DNA from: Alphaproteobacteria bacterium | GTDB taxonomy: Bacteria; Pseudomonadota; Alphaproteobacteria; Bin95 | NCBI GenBank assembly: GCA_964291285.2 | Contig: OZ219787.1 | Span: 1,088,001-1,152,000, forward strand | Reading direction: 5' to 3' | DNA length: 64,000 nt | In this document: positions 30,789 through 40,056 of the stretch, piece after piece | Position numbering within the stretch: position 1 is the stretch's first letter | How the letters are laid out: each line of letters begins with the position of its first letter | The notes under the pieces: generated by a model | The model's input: the letters and a program-made list of their open reading frames with translations, nothing else | Database searches by the model: none | What the model was told of the DNA's origin: nothing | Translations under genes and position numbers: made by a program

Positions 30789-31268
30789 ATGACGAACGAC
30801 AAGACGCCGGCCGCCATTGCGGCCGCGGAGGTGCCGCCCCGGACGAAGCCGTCCAACTATCCGGAGCCCTTCGCCAGCCGCATGGCGCGGCGGCAGAAGC
30901 GGGCGCTCGGCGATTTCTTCGGCCTCACGAATTTCGGCGTGAACCTGACCAGGATCGCGCCGGGCGGCGAGTCCGCGCTGATGCACACCCACAGCAAACA
31001 GGACGAACTGGTCTATGTGCTGGAGGGCGAGGCGGTGCTGGCGACCCCGTCCGGCGAAACCCGGCTTTCCGCCGGCATGTGCGCCGGTTTCCCGGCCCGG
31101 GGCGAGGCGCATCACATCCTCAACCGCAGCGACCGGGACGTGGTGATCCTCGAAATCGGCGACCGGCCGGAAGGAGATGAGGGCAGCTATCCCCAGGACG
31201 ACATCCAGGCTGTCATGGGCGCGGACGGCAAATGGCGCTTCACCCGCAAGGACGGCACGCCTTACTGA
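30789..31268 (+). CDS. Cupin domain protein
   Basis: SNYPEPF, GLTNFGVNL, H.HSKQDE..YVLEG, AHH..N. Confidence 0.88.
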   Translation: MTNDKTPAAIAAAEVPPRTKPSNYPEPFASRMARRQKRALGDFFGLTNFGVNLTRIAPGGESALMHTHSKQDELVYVLEGEAVLATPSGETRLSAGMCAGFPARGEAHHILNRSDRDVVILEIGDRPEGDEGSYPQDDIQAVMGADGKWRFTRKDGTPY

Positions 31269-31304
31269 AAGCGTGTCGGCTCCGCCGGTCGCCTCGGGCG
31301 CGGT

Positions 31305-32294
31305 TCAGCGCTCGTAATGTTCGGCGTCCCGCGGGCCGGCCCGCATGTCGTCGATGGCCCGCGTGACATCCTCGACCGCTGCTTCCAGACGCGCGATGAC
31401 CGCCTCCGGGTCCCGTTGGAAGGGCAGGGTCTCGATCAATGCGCCGAGCCGCCCCTGCGCCCGCCATGCTGCATGCCGGGCCAGCTCCGTATAGACCGTC
31501 TCCTCGTCGTCTATGCCGAACAGGTCGCGCGCGCGGCTCTGGTCGTCCCGGCTCCGGTCGAGGGCGACATAGGCGTTGACCATGGTGATGCGCTCGGCCC
31601 GCTCGGCCAGAGGGACGGCGCGGTGCACGACCATATTGCCATGGAGCGCGACGGCGTAGCCGGGACCGGGAAAGTCCGGGACGACGACCCGGTCCCGGGG
31701 CGGGGTTCTGCCTTCGGCGGCGAGCGCAGCCGCTTCGGCCTTCGTGCCCGTGAAATACTCGAACCGGCCGCCGGCAATCCGGGTCGGGTCGGTAACCATC
31801 ATCACGTAGTCCAGCGGGATGGTATCGTGATGCCACTTGTCGACCGCCTCTGCCGGATCGGCGGGTTCGAAGTTCATGTGTCCGAGATGCACGGGCATGG
31901 AATGCGGCGCAACGGGCGCACCGTAAATGGCGGACATTGCCTCCGCGACCTCCGGGCTGATGCACAGATCCCGAAGCCAGCGGGACCGGTAGCAACCGCC
32001 GCGGACGACGTTCTCTATGCGGTTGCCCGCGCGGGTCGCCCAGGGCCGCAAGCGCCGGGCGGTCTGCAACATGATCTCGGCGCCGGCCTCGGAAAGCACC
32101 CGAAAGGGCGACGAAACCGCGACCGGCGTGGCCGTCGGCTCGATTTCGGCCTTGCCGTAGCCGAACTCGGCGAGCCCGGTCACGCTTGCCGGCGGCTCCA
32201 GCGCCAGATGCCTGCCGGGATCGAAGGGAACCTCGTCCGGGAGCCACTCATAGCCGGCCGGGCGCCGGTCCGGAAACGGTACAGCGACATTCAT
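31305..32294 (-). CDS. Putative 2OG-Fe(II) oxygenase-fold protein
   Basis: VDKWHHD (HxD), GG.FEY, PGYAVALHG..VVHRA (distal His), ERITMVNAY (2OG-binding Arg). Confidence 0.7.
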   Translation of the reverse strand: MNVAVPFPDRRPAGYEWLPDEVPFDPGRHLALEPPASVTGLAEFGYGKAEIEPTATPVAVSSPFRVLSEAGAEIMLQTARRLRPWATRAGNRIENVVRGGCYRSRWLRDLCISPEVAEAMSAIYGAPVAPHSMPVHLGHMNFEPADPAEAVDKWHHDTIPLDYVMMVTDPTRIAGGRFEYFTGTKAEAAALAAEGRTPPRDRVVVPDFPGPGYAVALHGNMVVHRAVPLAERAERITMVNAYVALDRSRDDQSRARDLFGIDDEETVYTELARHAAWRAQGRLGALIETLPFQRDPEAVIARLEAAVEDVTRAIDDMRAGPRDAEHYER

Positions 32295-32343
32295 CGCGCG
32301 GCTGACCTCTTCATTGTCCTGCACCGGCCGGCAGACCCCTGAG

Positions 32344-32730
32344 TCACCCGGAGCGGACGGCAATCGCCTCGATCTCGACCTTGAGCTCCGGCATGGCGAG
32401 CGCGCTCACCTCGACCAGGGTCGAAACCGGGAAGTCGCCGGCGAAGAACTCCCGGCGGGCCCGCCACACCTCCTCACGCCTGGAGATGTCCGTGACATAG
32501 ATCACCACCTTGACGACATCGGCCATCGAGGCCCCGGCAGCGTCCAGCAGCCTGGCGATCTTCTCGAAGATCGCGCGCGCCTGCCCGTATTCGTCGCCGG
32601 CTAGGATTTCCGAGCCGTTGCGCGCCGTCATGCCGGCGACGAAGATCTGGTTGCCCGCGACCAGGCAGTTCGACCAGGTCTCCGGCGGCGGTTCCGGCAC
32701 TTCGGGGTGGATGATGCGCATGGCCGCCAT
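32344..32730 (-). CDS. RidA/YjgF family protein
   Basis: IFVAGMTA, GASMADVVKV, RREFF..FPVSTLVEVSAL..KVEIEA. Confidence 0.88.
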   Translation of the reverse strand: MAAMRIIHPEVPEPPPETWSNCLVAGNQIFVAGMTARNGSEILAGDEYGQARAIFEKIARLLDAAGASMADVVKVVIYVTDISRREEVWRARREFFAGDFPVSTLVEVSALAMPELKVEIEAIAVRSG

Positions 32731-32744
32731 GGTACTCTCCTCGG

Positions 32745-34082
32745 TCAGGCTTTGACGATCCGCGCCGGGCGCGGCCGGTCATCGTAAACATTGCGCGTAT
32801 CGACAACCAAGGGAACCGCCGCCGCCAGCGCCTCCCAGTCGACGGCGTCGTGGTCCGTCACCGCGATGGCGGCGTCGAACCCGGCGAGCGCCTCCGGCGA
32901 CCGGCCTATGGAGGGTATGCCGGCGAGGGCAGGTTGGGCGCGCGTCGTCGGGATCGCCGGCACATGGGGGTCGAGATAGGCGACCTCGGCCCCGCCATCC
33001 GCAAGCAGCTCCCAGAGCCGGAGCGCCGGGCTCTCGCGCGTATCGTCGACGTTCTTCTTATAGGCGACGCCAACCAGCAGGATACGGCTCCCGGCAAGCG
33101 TTGCCGGGGCGAGCGCTTCTTCCAGCCGGGCAACCACGCGCTCCGGCATTTCCGCATTGATCTCGCCGGCAAGCTCGATGAAACGGCTTGGCAGGTCGAG
33201 GCCGCGCGCCTTCCAGGCGAGGTAGAACGGGTCGATGGGAATGCAGTGCCCACCCCAGCCGGGACCGGGCCAGAAGGGCATGTAGCCGAAGGGCTTGGTG
33301 CTGGCGGCCTCGACGACCTCCCAGATGTCCACGCCCATTGCTGCGTAGATGCCCTTGAGTTCATTGACGAGCGCGATGTTGACGGCACGGAAGACGTTCT
33401 CGGTGAGCTTCGCCGCCTCCGCCGCCGCCGGCGAGGACACGGCATGTACTGCAGGAGAGACGCTTTCATAGAGCGCGCGAGCGAGCGCCAGCGCCTCGGC
33501 GCCGTCAGCGCCGACGACGCGCGGAATGCGCCGCTCGCCGCTGCCGGGGGACTCGCGCTCCGGCGCATAGGCGAGGAAGAAATCCTGTCCGCTGCAGAGG
33601 CCGCTTGCCTCCAGGATCGGCTTGACGATCTCTTCGGTCGTGCCGGGCCAGGTGGTCGATTCGAGCACGACGAGCTGCCCCGGCGGCAAGGTGGCGGCGA
33701 CGGCGCGGGCGCTTGCCTCGACGAAACGCAGGTCAGGCTCGCGATACGTCCCAAGCGGCGTCGGCACACAGATTGCGACGGCATCGGCTTCACCCAGGCG
33801 GGTAAAATCGTCCGTCGCCTCGAACCGCCCGCTTGCTGTCATCGAAGCGACCTCGCGGTCGGTGACATCCATGATGTAGGAGCGGCCGGCTGCGAGCAGC
33901 GACGGCTTCTCGGGGTCGGTGTCGAAGCCGGTGACGGTGAAGCCCGCCTCATGAAAGGCGCGCACCAGCGGCAGCCCTACATAACCAAGCCCGATGACGC
34001 CGATTTGCGCCTGGCGGCCCGTGAGCTTTCGAAGCAAAGCGCCGGAGACCGCCGCGCCCGCTTTCGACAGTCTTTCGCTCAT
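32745..34082 (-). CDS. Nucleotide-sugar (UDP-GlcNAc/ManNAc-type) 6-dehydrogenase
   Basis: GLGYVGLP, ICVPTP, LESTT.PGTT, KLTENVFR.VNIALVNE, GGHCIPIDP, DTRESP. Confidence 0.92.
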   Translation of the reverse strand: MSERLSKAGAAVSGALLRKLTGRQAQIGVIGLGYVGLPLVRAFHEAGFTVTGFDTDPEKPSLLAAGRSYIMDVTDREVASMTASGRFEATDDFTRLGEADAVAICVPTPLGTYREPDLRFVEASARAVAATLPPGQLVVLESTTWPGTTEEIVKPILEASGLCSGQDFFLAYAPERESPGSGERRIPRVVGADGAEALALARALYESVSPAVHAVSSPAAAEAAKLTENVFRAVNIALVNELKGIYAAMGVDIWEVVEAASTKPFGYMPFWPGPGWGGHCIPIDPFYLAWKARGLDLPSRFIELAGEINAEMPERVVARLEEALAPATLAGSRILLVGVAYKKNVDDTRESPALRLWELLADGGAEVAYLDPHVPAIPTTRAQPALAGIPSIGRSPEALAGFDAAIAVTDHDAVDWEALAAAVPLVVDTRNVYDDRPRPARIVKA

Positions 34083-34154
34083 GAAAAACCGCCTCTTCTT
34101 TCCGACCGGGCCGAACCTCGTCCCCGCCGGGTTTCGCGTCAAGCGGTCGACATT

Positions 34155-34664
34155 TCAACAGGCCGTGCGCCCCGCCCGCCGCTTCTCCAGCGCGAGGAGC
34201 AGGGCCTGGGCGAACGTCATGTGGGCGCCCCAGGGTTCGAAGCGGCTTTCTGGGGAGGCGGGCATTGCCATGAAGAGGTTGGAAGCACCCGCCAGGGGGT
34301 TGTCGGCCCTGTGCGCGAAGGCGAGCACCGGAATCTCCTTCGCCTGCGCCCCCGTAGCGACCCTGACGGCCGAATCGTCATCGTCAGAAAGGCAGACCGC
34401 CAGCAGCAGGTCGCTGGCGCCAAGGGCTGAGACAACCCGCCGCGCTACGTTCGCGGGCGATTCGATCCTGTGGCACCGGCAACCGAGTTGTACCAAACCG
34501 TCGAACAGGCAGGCGGCAATCCAGGAGGCCTGCCGGTAACCGACGATGTGGATGGAATTGGCGTCGGCCAACATCTTGACCGCTCGATCCAGAGCAGCTG
34601 CATCGACATTCCTCTTGAAATCTTCGATAGCGAGGATGGATGAATCTGCAACCTCATTCAGCAT
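34155..34664 (-). CDS. Stand-alone SIS-domain protein (RpiR C-terminal domain, no HTH)
   Basis: Aligns by eye with the SIS half of 35230..36105 (SILAIEDFKRNVDAAALDRA vs SILAVQRLKDTLDADMLQRA); an in-frame stop lies upstream and no HTH is present. Confidence 0.7.
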   Translation of the reverse strand: MLNEVADSSILAIEDFKRNVDAAALDRAVKMLADANSIHIVGYRQASWIAACLFDGLVQLGCRCHRIESPANVARRVVSALGASDLLLAVCLSDDDDSAVRVATGAQAKEIPVLAFAHRADNPLAGASNLFMAMPASPESRFEPWGAHMTFAQALLLALEKRRAGRTAC

Positions 34665-35101
34665 TGCGCGGCGCTCCCGCGCGGCTTCCCGTCGGGCAAT
34701 GGGTGGGCGGGAGCCGGGTCCTGTATGAAGTTGTGGTCGCGCCCACGGAGCGGGAAGAACGGCCCCGGGCGAAATCGGGACGGCTTTTCGGGGAGAAAGA
34801 GGCCCGAACTATGCCGGAAGGGTGGAGGTATGCCGGCAAATGCGCCGGGCGACAGAGAAGACAGGGATGTGCTCGCAACAAATCGAAATGCCGGGGCTTT
34901 GGCCAACGGGATTGGCGTTCGGCTTCCAATCCGCCGGGCGTGGCCCGATGAAGCGTGCAGGCCCCGCGCCGCGCGAGCCTGGTCCGCCACGGTCCGGCAA
35001 AGCCGGTAGGCGATTGACATAACTGGAGTTTCCGTCCGGTATGCTGCGTTTCGTCCTGCGAGGCACCGTGTCTTCCTTCCGACGTCATCGAATATCATAA
35101 T

Positions 35102-35181
35102 AGAAAATATGTTCCATTACCAATAATAACTTGAAATGTTCTTCTTTTTCTGCTTGGCTCGGCCCGTGGAAAATTGTTTCA
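35102..35181. promoter_or_regulatory. Three IolR/RpiR-type operator-like palindromes
   Basis: AGAA-N6-TTCC (35102), TGAA-N6-TTCT (35132) and GGAA-N6-TTCA (35168) in an AT-rich patch upstream of the RpiR gene. Confidence 0.5.
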
Positions 35182-35229
35182 TGTTGTGTCATCAAGGCGC
35201 TGTCGGGTTCGGGCGATGCTGCGTTGGAG

Positions 35230-36105
35230 ATGAGTATGGAGAGCAGAGAGCTGTCCTGGGACTATCCCCGGCTTCACAGAGCGTTCCTGGACAGGTTCGA
35301 AACGCTCAGCCCGCATCTGAAACGCATTGCCCGCTACGCCTTGTCAGACCCCAGCCGGTTCGCATTGCAGACCGTGGCGGAGATTTCGCGGAGCTGCAGC
35401 GTCCAGCCCTCCACTGTCGTTCGGTTCGCCAAGACATTCGGCTATCCGGGTTTCTCCGATATGCAGAACGTCTTTCGTTCGCGCCTGATGGAAGGCTCCG
35501 AGGCCTACCGGGAACAGGTTCACGAACATCGAGGCAAGCTCGGGACCGTTTCCGGCAACGACCCGGCCGCGATCCTCGGCGAATTCGCGAATGCGTCCAT
35601 CCTGGCGGTTCAACGCCTGAAAGACACCCTCGACGCGGACATGCTGCAGCGGGCGGCCGCCTTGATGAACGAGGCGGGCGCTGTTTACCTGGTTGGACAG
35701 CAGCGCGCGCTTCCGGTGGCCTCCTGCCTCGCATACTGGTTGATCGAGTTCGAATATCGCTGCCATTTGCTCGACCCTGCCGTCGGCGCGCTGTCCCGCC
35801 AGGTCGCGACAGTGGCCGCGGATGAGCTGTTGATTGTTATCGGCCTGGACGAGTTGCCCGATGCCCTGCTTGATGCTGTTTCTGCCGCGCATAACCGCGG
35901 GGTACCCGTGCTCGCCATCACCGATTCGGAAGTAAGCCGGCTTGCTCGGGACTCCAGGATCTGTTTTGTGCTGCGCGATGCCGAAGTACATCGAATTACC
36001 CCGTTGGCGCCCCATATAGTCCTGGTCCAGTCGCTGGTTATCGCGCTTGATGCGCTGCGATACGCCCACCGGTCAGACGATTTGCGGCGCGGCGTGGCGG
36101 GTTAG
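35230..36105 (+). CDS. MurR/RpiR family transcriptional regulator (IolR-like)
   Basis: LSPHLKRIARY, TVAEI...VQPSTVVRFAKTFGYPGFSDMQ, SIS domain AITDS.VS.L. Confidence 0.9.
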   Translation: MSMESRELSWDYPRLHRAFLDRFETLSPHLKRIARYALSDPSRFALQTVAEISRSCSVQPSTVVRFAKTFGYPGFSDMQNVFRSRLMEGSEAYREQVHEHRGKLGTVSGNDPAAILGEFANASILAVQRLKDTLDADMLQRAAALMNEAGAVYLVGQQRALPVASCLAYWLIEFEYRCHLLDPAVGALSRQVATVAADELLIVIGLDELPDALLDAVSAAHNRGVPVLAITDSEVSRLARDSRICFVLRDAEVHRITPLAPHIVLVQSLVIALDALRYAHRSDDLRRGVAG

Positions 36106-36303
36106 CTCCGAAGCGCTGCCGGCGCCAGAACCTTCCCTGCTGGCACGGTTGTCCGAGTCATCCCCCTCCCAAACAGTCCGGCAGCGCGGACAGCTGGAAA
36201 AGTGCGCGTTGAGTCAAACCCGAGTACCGCCGCGTATCTAAAAATCCAAATGCTTATTTTATAAAACTAAACGGAATGATAAGTTAGGGGCTTTACCGCA
36301 ACG

Positions 36304-37923
36304 TCAACCGCCGGTCAACGGAAGCGCGGATTGCCCACTGCCGCGCGCCGCAACGCTCGGTGTCAAGAACCGCCGGCCGTCCAGTATCTCTTGCGCCGTC
36401 AGAATTTGCATACGCGGATACATGACGCCCAACACGTCGATGTCTCCTGCCGCTGCCATTTCGCGGGCGAAATTCGCTGCCTGGCGCTTCCCCAGAGGGT
36501 CCATGACTATCAGCCCCGCCATGTCGGCTTCTTCGCGTTCCAAGACGCCCCGGAGGTCGCGCACAACGCCGATCCCGACATTGGCCCCGCCCTTCACCTC
36601 AATCACCATCGAGCGCAGTTCCTTGTAGTTCGGCCGGGCGAAGTAGAGCCGCCCGTCTATGCCGCCATCACTGCCCCGTCGCGTCGTAACGAACCCGTCC
36701 ACTTGCTCCACTGCCCACCGCTGAAAATGGTATTTGTCGCGGGTCCAGAGGTCGCGCGCGCCTTCCAGCGTTCGCGGGACGCCCTCAATCGAAAAGTCGG
36801 TTCCCTCGACAAGCCGCAGGCGTTCTTCCAACCGCGCCTTGGCAACCTTCTTGATAGCGTGAATGGCAATGTCGATGCCTATCCACCGTCGCTCCAGCTT
36901 GTGCGCCGCTTCCAGTGTCGTAGCACACCCGCAAAACGGGTCAAACACAGTGTCGCCCGGCCCGCTGGACGCCTTGATGATGCGTTCCAGAAGGGCCGTG
37001 GGCTTTTGAGTTGCATAGCCGAGGCGTTCCGACCGGGCCGGGCCGGGAATGTCGGTCCAGACATTGTTCGGGATAATGCCCGCCGCTGGGCGTTGCTTGC
37101 GCCAAGGGACGCCCGCCGCCCACTCGATTTCGCCCGCCTCATCCAGTTCTATGAGGCGTTCACGCTTCACAGTCCAGCCGGAGTCATGCGGCGGCGAGAC
37201 GCCCTTGTAGGCATAGACGAGATTCGGGCGCGGGCCGAGTCCTGGCGGGCGGAACGGGCTGCGGCGCTTGAACCGCCCTTTATTGTCCTGCCGGGGGAAG
37301 GCCGTCACCATGTCGGAATAGGGCAGCGCGATGGAATCCGCGTTGAACGCATAGCGCCGCCCGCGCGTGTAGAAGAGGATATTGTCTGCCGAGCGACCAT
37401 AATTGCGGATCGCGTGTTGACTGCGCTTCCCCGCGCCCTTCACGCGCTCCCAGATGATTTCGTTGCGGAAGTTCTCATGCCCAAATATCGCGTCCATCAT
37501 CACCTTGATGTAGTGCGATGCCGTGGAATCGCAGTGCAAATAGACGCTGCCCGTGGGCTTCAGGATGCCGCGCATGGGCAAGAGCCGCTGGACCATGTAG
37601 GCGAGATAGGCGAGCAGGCGCGGGTTGGTCTTCCGCAGCGCGTTCATCCACAGTTTCCAAAATTCCGCAACCTCATCGTCCAGCCCGGCTTCCCGTAGCA
37701 GGATAGGCATTTGACGGACCGCGCGTTCGGTCTCTTCGTCGAGCGTCCATGTATCGCAGAACGCCTCGATCTGGTCCGGGAGCGGCCGCCCCGTCTCATC
37801 CTTGTAAATGGCGTTATAATCGCGCTGCGAATTGAAAGGCGGGTCCAGATAGATGAGGTCCACGCTTCCCAACGGCATTTCCTGCATGATGTCCAAGCAG
37901 TCGCCGTAGTAGAGGCGGTTCAC
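36304..37923 (-). CDS. Beta-class N4/N6 DNA methyltransferase fused to a C-terminal Mrr-like PD-(D/E)XK domain (IS passenger)
   Basis: LYYGDCL, DLIYLDPPF, YATQKP..LLERII, FDPFCGCATT, then DGGIDG...IEVKGG; the GTG start overlaps the transposase TGA (GTGA). Confidence 0.9.
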   Translation of the reverse strand: MNRLYYGDCLDIMQEMPLGSVDLIYLDPPFNSQRDYNAIYKDETGRPLPDQIEAFCDTWTLDEETERAVRQMPILLREAGLDDEVAEFWKLWMNALRKTNPRLLAYLAYMVQRLLPMRGILKPTGSVYLHCDSTASHYIKVMMDAIFGHENFRNEIIWERVKGAGKRSQHAIRNYGRSADNILFYTRGRRYAFNADSIALPYSDMVTAFPRQDNKGRFKRRSPFRPPGLGPRPNLVYAYKGVSPPHDSGWTVKRERLIELDEAGEIEWAAGVPWRKQRPAAGIIPNNVWTDIPGPARSERLGYATQKPTALLERIIKASSGPGDTVFDPFCGCATTLEAAHKLERRWIGIDIAIHAIKKVAKARLEERLRLVEGTDFSIEGVPRTLEGARDLWTRDKYHFQRWAVEQVDGFVTTRRGSDGGIDGRLYFARPNYKELRSMVIEVKGGANVGIGVVRDLRGVLEREEADMAGLIVMDPLGKRQAANFAREMAAAGDIDVLGVMYPRMQILTAQEILDGRRFLTPSVAARGSGQSALPLTGG

Positions 37924-38814
37924 CGGAAGACACTCCACAGGAATGTTCCGAACGGGTTATCGTTCTTCCGGTTGTTGTATTTCCACGACGCTTCCGCGAC
38001 GAACAGCGGCGTCCAGTGATAGCTGTAATGGTGATGCGAGCCATACCAAGCCCGCTTGACCAAAGCCCAGAAGCCTTCAATCGTGTTCGTATGCGTCGCG
38101 CCATCGGCATAGGCAACGCTGTGATTGATCACTGCATGGGCGAAACCGGAACGGGCGGCCGCTGCATAGGCCCGGTATTCGTCCGTAATCAGAAGCGTTC
38201 CGGCAGGCTCGATCGTAGCTTGCAAGAAACGAAGAATGCCCCGGCCTGAAAGGTCGGTAGCGATATGGGCGACAACATTGCCCCCGCGTTCTACCGCTCC
38301 GATTATCGGCGTCTTGCTGGTGCCGCGCCCTCTTTTACGGGGGGGGGGGCAATTCGCCAGTCTTGCGCGCGCGTGAGTTCCCCTTCCTCGGCTTCCCGCC
38401 AACATAGGTCTCGTCAGCCTCGACGATGCCCTGTAGCAACGGAGCTTGGTCTTCCGCCATTGCCGCCCGGATACGGTGCTGGACGAACCGCGCGGTCGGT
38501 TGCGTCATTTCAAGGTCGCGGGCGAGCTGGTGACTGGATAGGCTCTTCTTCGCATTGACCATAAGGCCAATCGCCATGAACCATTTCTGCAACGGCACCT
38601 TGGTCTTCTGCATGATGGTGCCGGACAGAACATTGAAGCTAGCCTTGCAGTCATGGCAGTTCCACCGCCCAACGCGACGCCCTTCATTCTTCCGCGCGAC
38701 CAGCACGGAACCGCAGTGCGGGCAGCACGGCTCATCGCCCCAGCGCACGGCTTCAAGGTGCGCGATGCAAGCCTCTTGGTCGGGGAACCGCTGGAATATC
38801 GTGAAGATGTTCAT
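37920..38814 (-). pseudogene. IS1595 transposase, frameshifted in a C11 run
   Basis: Zn ribbon CPHC..CHDC, HTH, VEADETYVGG in frame 1; RKRGRGTSK, LITDEY, HTNTIEGFW in frame 2; G11 at 38339-38349, and deleting one base fuses the frames. Confidence 0.88.
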
Positions 38815-38957
38815 GGTGTCTGTCTCCCTACAGGATGAATGTAGGGACAACCGGGACCAGCTTCAAGCCCCTAACTTATCATTCCGAAACTAAATGATAA
38901 ACATGCATATCTGATGCAAGGCGTCGCCTGTCTGGACCCTCGCTCCCGACGCTTCGA

Positions 38958-39917
38958 TTACATATCCGGGCCGTAATAGGCCCGATACCATGAGGAGAAG
39001 CGTGGCAGCCCTTCGTCGATGGCTGTCCGGGGCGCATAGCCGAAATGCCGCGCCGCTTCGCCGATATCGGCGCAGGTTTCCAGCACATCGCCAGGCTGCA
39101 TCGGCTGGAAGTCGATCCGGGCCTCAACGCCGAGAGCAGCCTCCAGCGTCTCGATGAAACGCATCAACGGCTCGGCGCGGCCATTGCCGATATTGTAGAT
39201 CCGATGGCCGTCTCCGGTCCGGTCGAGCGCACCGATCGTGCCTGCAACCGCGTCCTCCACGAACGTGAAGTCGCGGGCAAGCCGGCCTTCATTGAAAACC
39301 CGGATCGGCTTGCCGGCAAGCATGGCGCGGGCAAATAGGGTCGGCGCCATGTCCGGCCGGCCCCACGGCCCGTAAACCGTGAAATAGCGTAGCCCCGTCG
39401 CGCGGAAGCCGTAAAGATGCGCATAGCACTCCGTCATCATCTCGTCTGCCCGCTTGGTGGCGGCGTAGAGCGACAGCGGCCGGTCGGCCGGCGCATCGAC
39501 GGCAAGCGGACCGGGGCCGGCGTCCCCGTAGACCGAGGAGGAGCTCGCATAGACGAAGTGGGACACGCCCCGCCGCCGCGCCAGTTCCAGCAGGTTCAGG
39601 TGGCCGGCGATGTTAGCGCGGACATAGGCGCGCGGGTTCTCCAGCGAATAGCGCACGCCGGCCTGCGCGGCGAGGTGCAGGACGCGGTCCACGCCGTCGA
39701 GCGCCAGCCGGTCCATCGCCTCGTCGTCGGCGATGTCGGCGCGCATGAAGGTAAAGCCGGGCAGGCCGTTGAGGCGCGCCAGCCGGGCCTGCTTCAGCAC
39801 CGGGTCGTAATAGCCGTCGAGATTGTCGATCCCGATGACCACCTCGCCGCGGGCAAGCAGGGCGGCGGCGGCGTGCATGCCGATGAAGCCGGCAACGCCG
39901 GTGACGAGAATGCTCAT
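38958..39917 (-). CDS. NAD-dependent epimerase (UDP-glucuronate 4-epimerase/CapI-like)
   Basis: TGVAGFIG, HLAAQAGVRYSLENP, ASSSSVYG, YAATK, FTVYGPWGRPDMA. Confidence 0.93.
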   Translation of the reverse strand: MSILVTGVAGFIGMHAAAALLARGEVVIGIDNLDGYYDPVLKQARLARLNGLPGFTFMRADIADDEAMDRLALDGVDRVLHLAAQAGVRYSLENPRAYVRANIAGHLNLLELARRRGVSHFVYASSSSVYGDAGPGPLAVDAPADRPLSLYAATKRADEMMTECYAHLYGFRATGLRYFTVYGPWGRPDMAPTLFARAMLAGKPIRVFNEGRLARDFTFVEDAVAGTIGALDRTGDGHRIYNIGNGRAEPLMRFIETLEAALGVEARIDFQPMQPGDVLETCADIGEAARHFGYAPRTAIDEGLPRFSSWYRAYYGPDM

Positions 39918-40056
39918 GGGCTGCCGGTTCGCGTTGCGGAGGCGCCGTCACCATAGCCGAGGCGGGCGGGCGTTCAATCCTAGAGGCGCGCCGGCCTCGA
40001 CCCGACACGGCGGGGGCGCTATACCCCGGCGCCTGCCTGTCCGGCCAGGGGCCGCC

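Larger units (their letters stand above)
36272..38886 (-). mobile_element. IS1595-family element with passenger gene (2615 bp)
   Basis: 22-bp perfect IRs CGGAATGATAAGTTAGGGGCTT / AAGCCCCTAACTTATCATTCCG; 8-bp TSD AAACTAAA at 36264-36271 and 38887-38894. Confidence 0.95.

Noticed and set aside
31305-32294. BesD/SyrB2-type halogenase
   Set aside because: The motif is HHD with the carboxylate ligand retained; halogenases have Gly or Ala at this position.
35014-35045. TTGACA...TATGCT sigma70 promoter
   Set aside because: The spacer is 20 bp, too long for a canonical promoter.
38335-38352. Classical programmed -1 ribosomal frameshift
   Set aside because: No A-rich slippery heptamer; the frames join by loss of one C, which fits slippage or sequencing error better.
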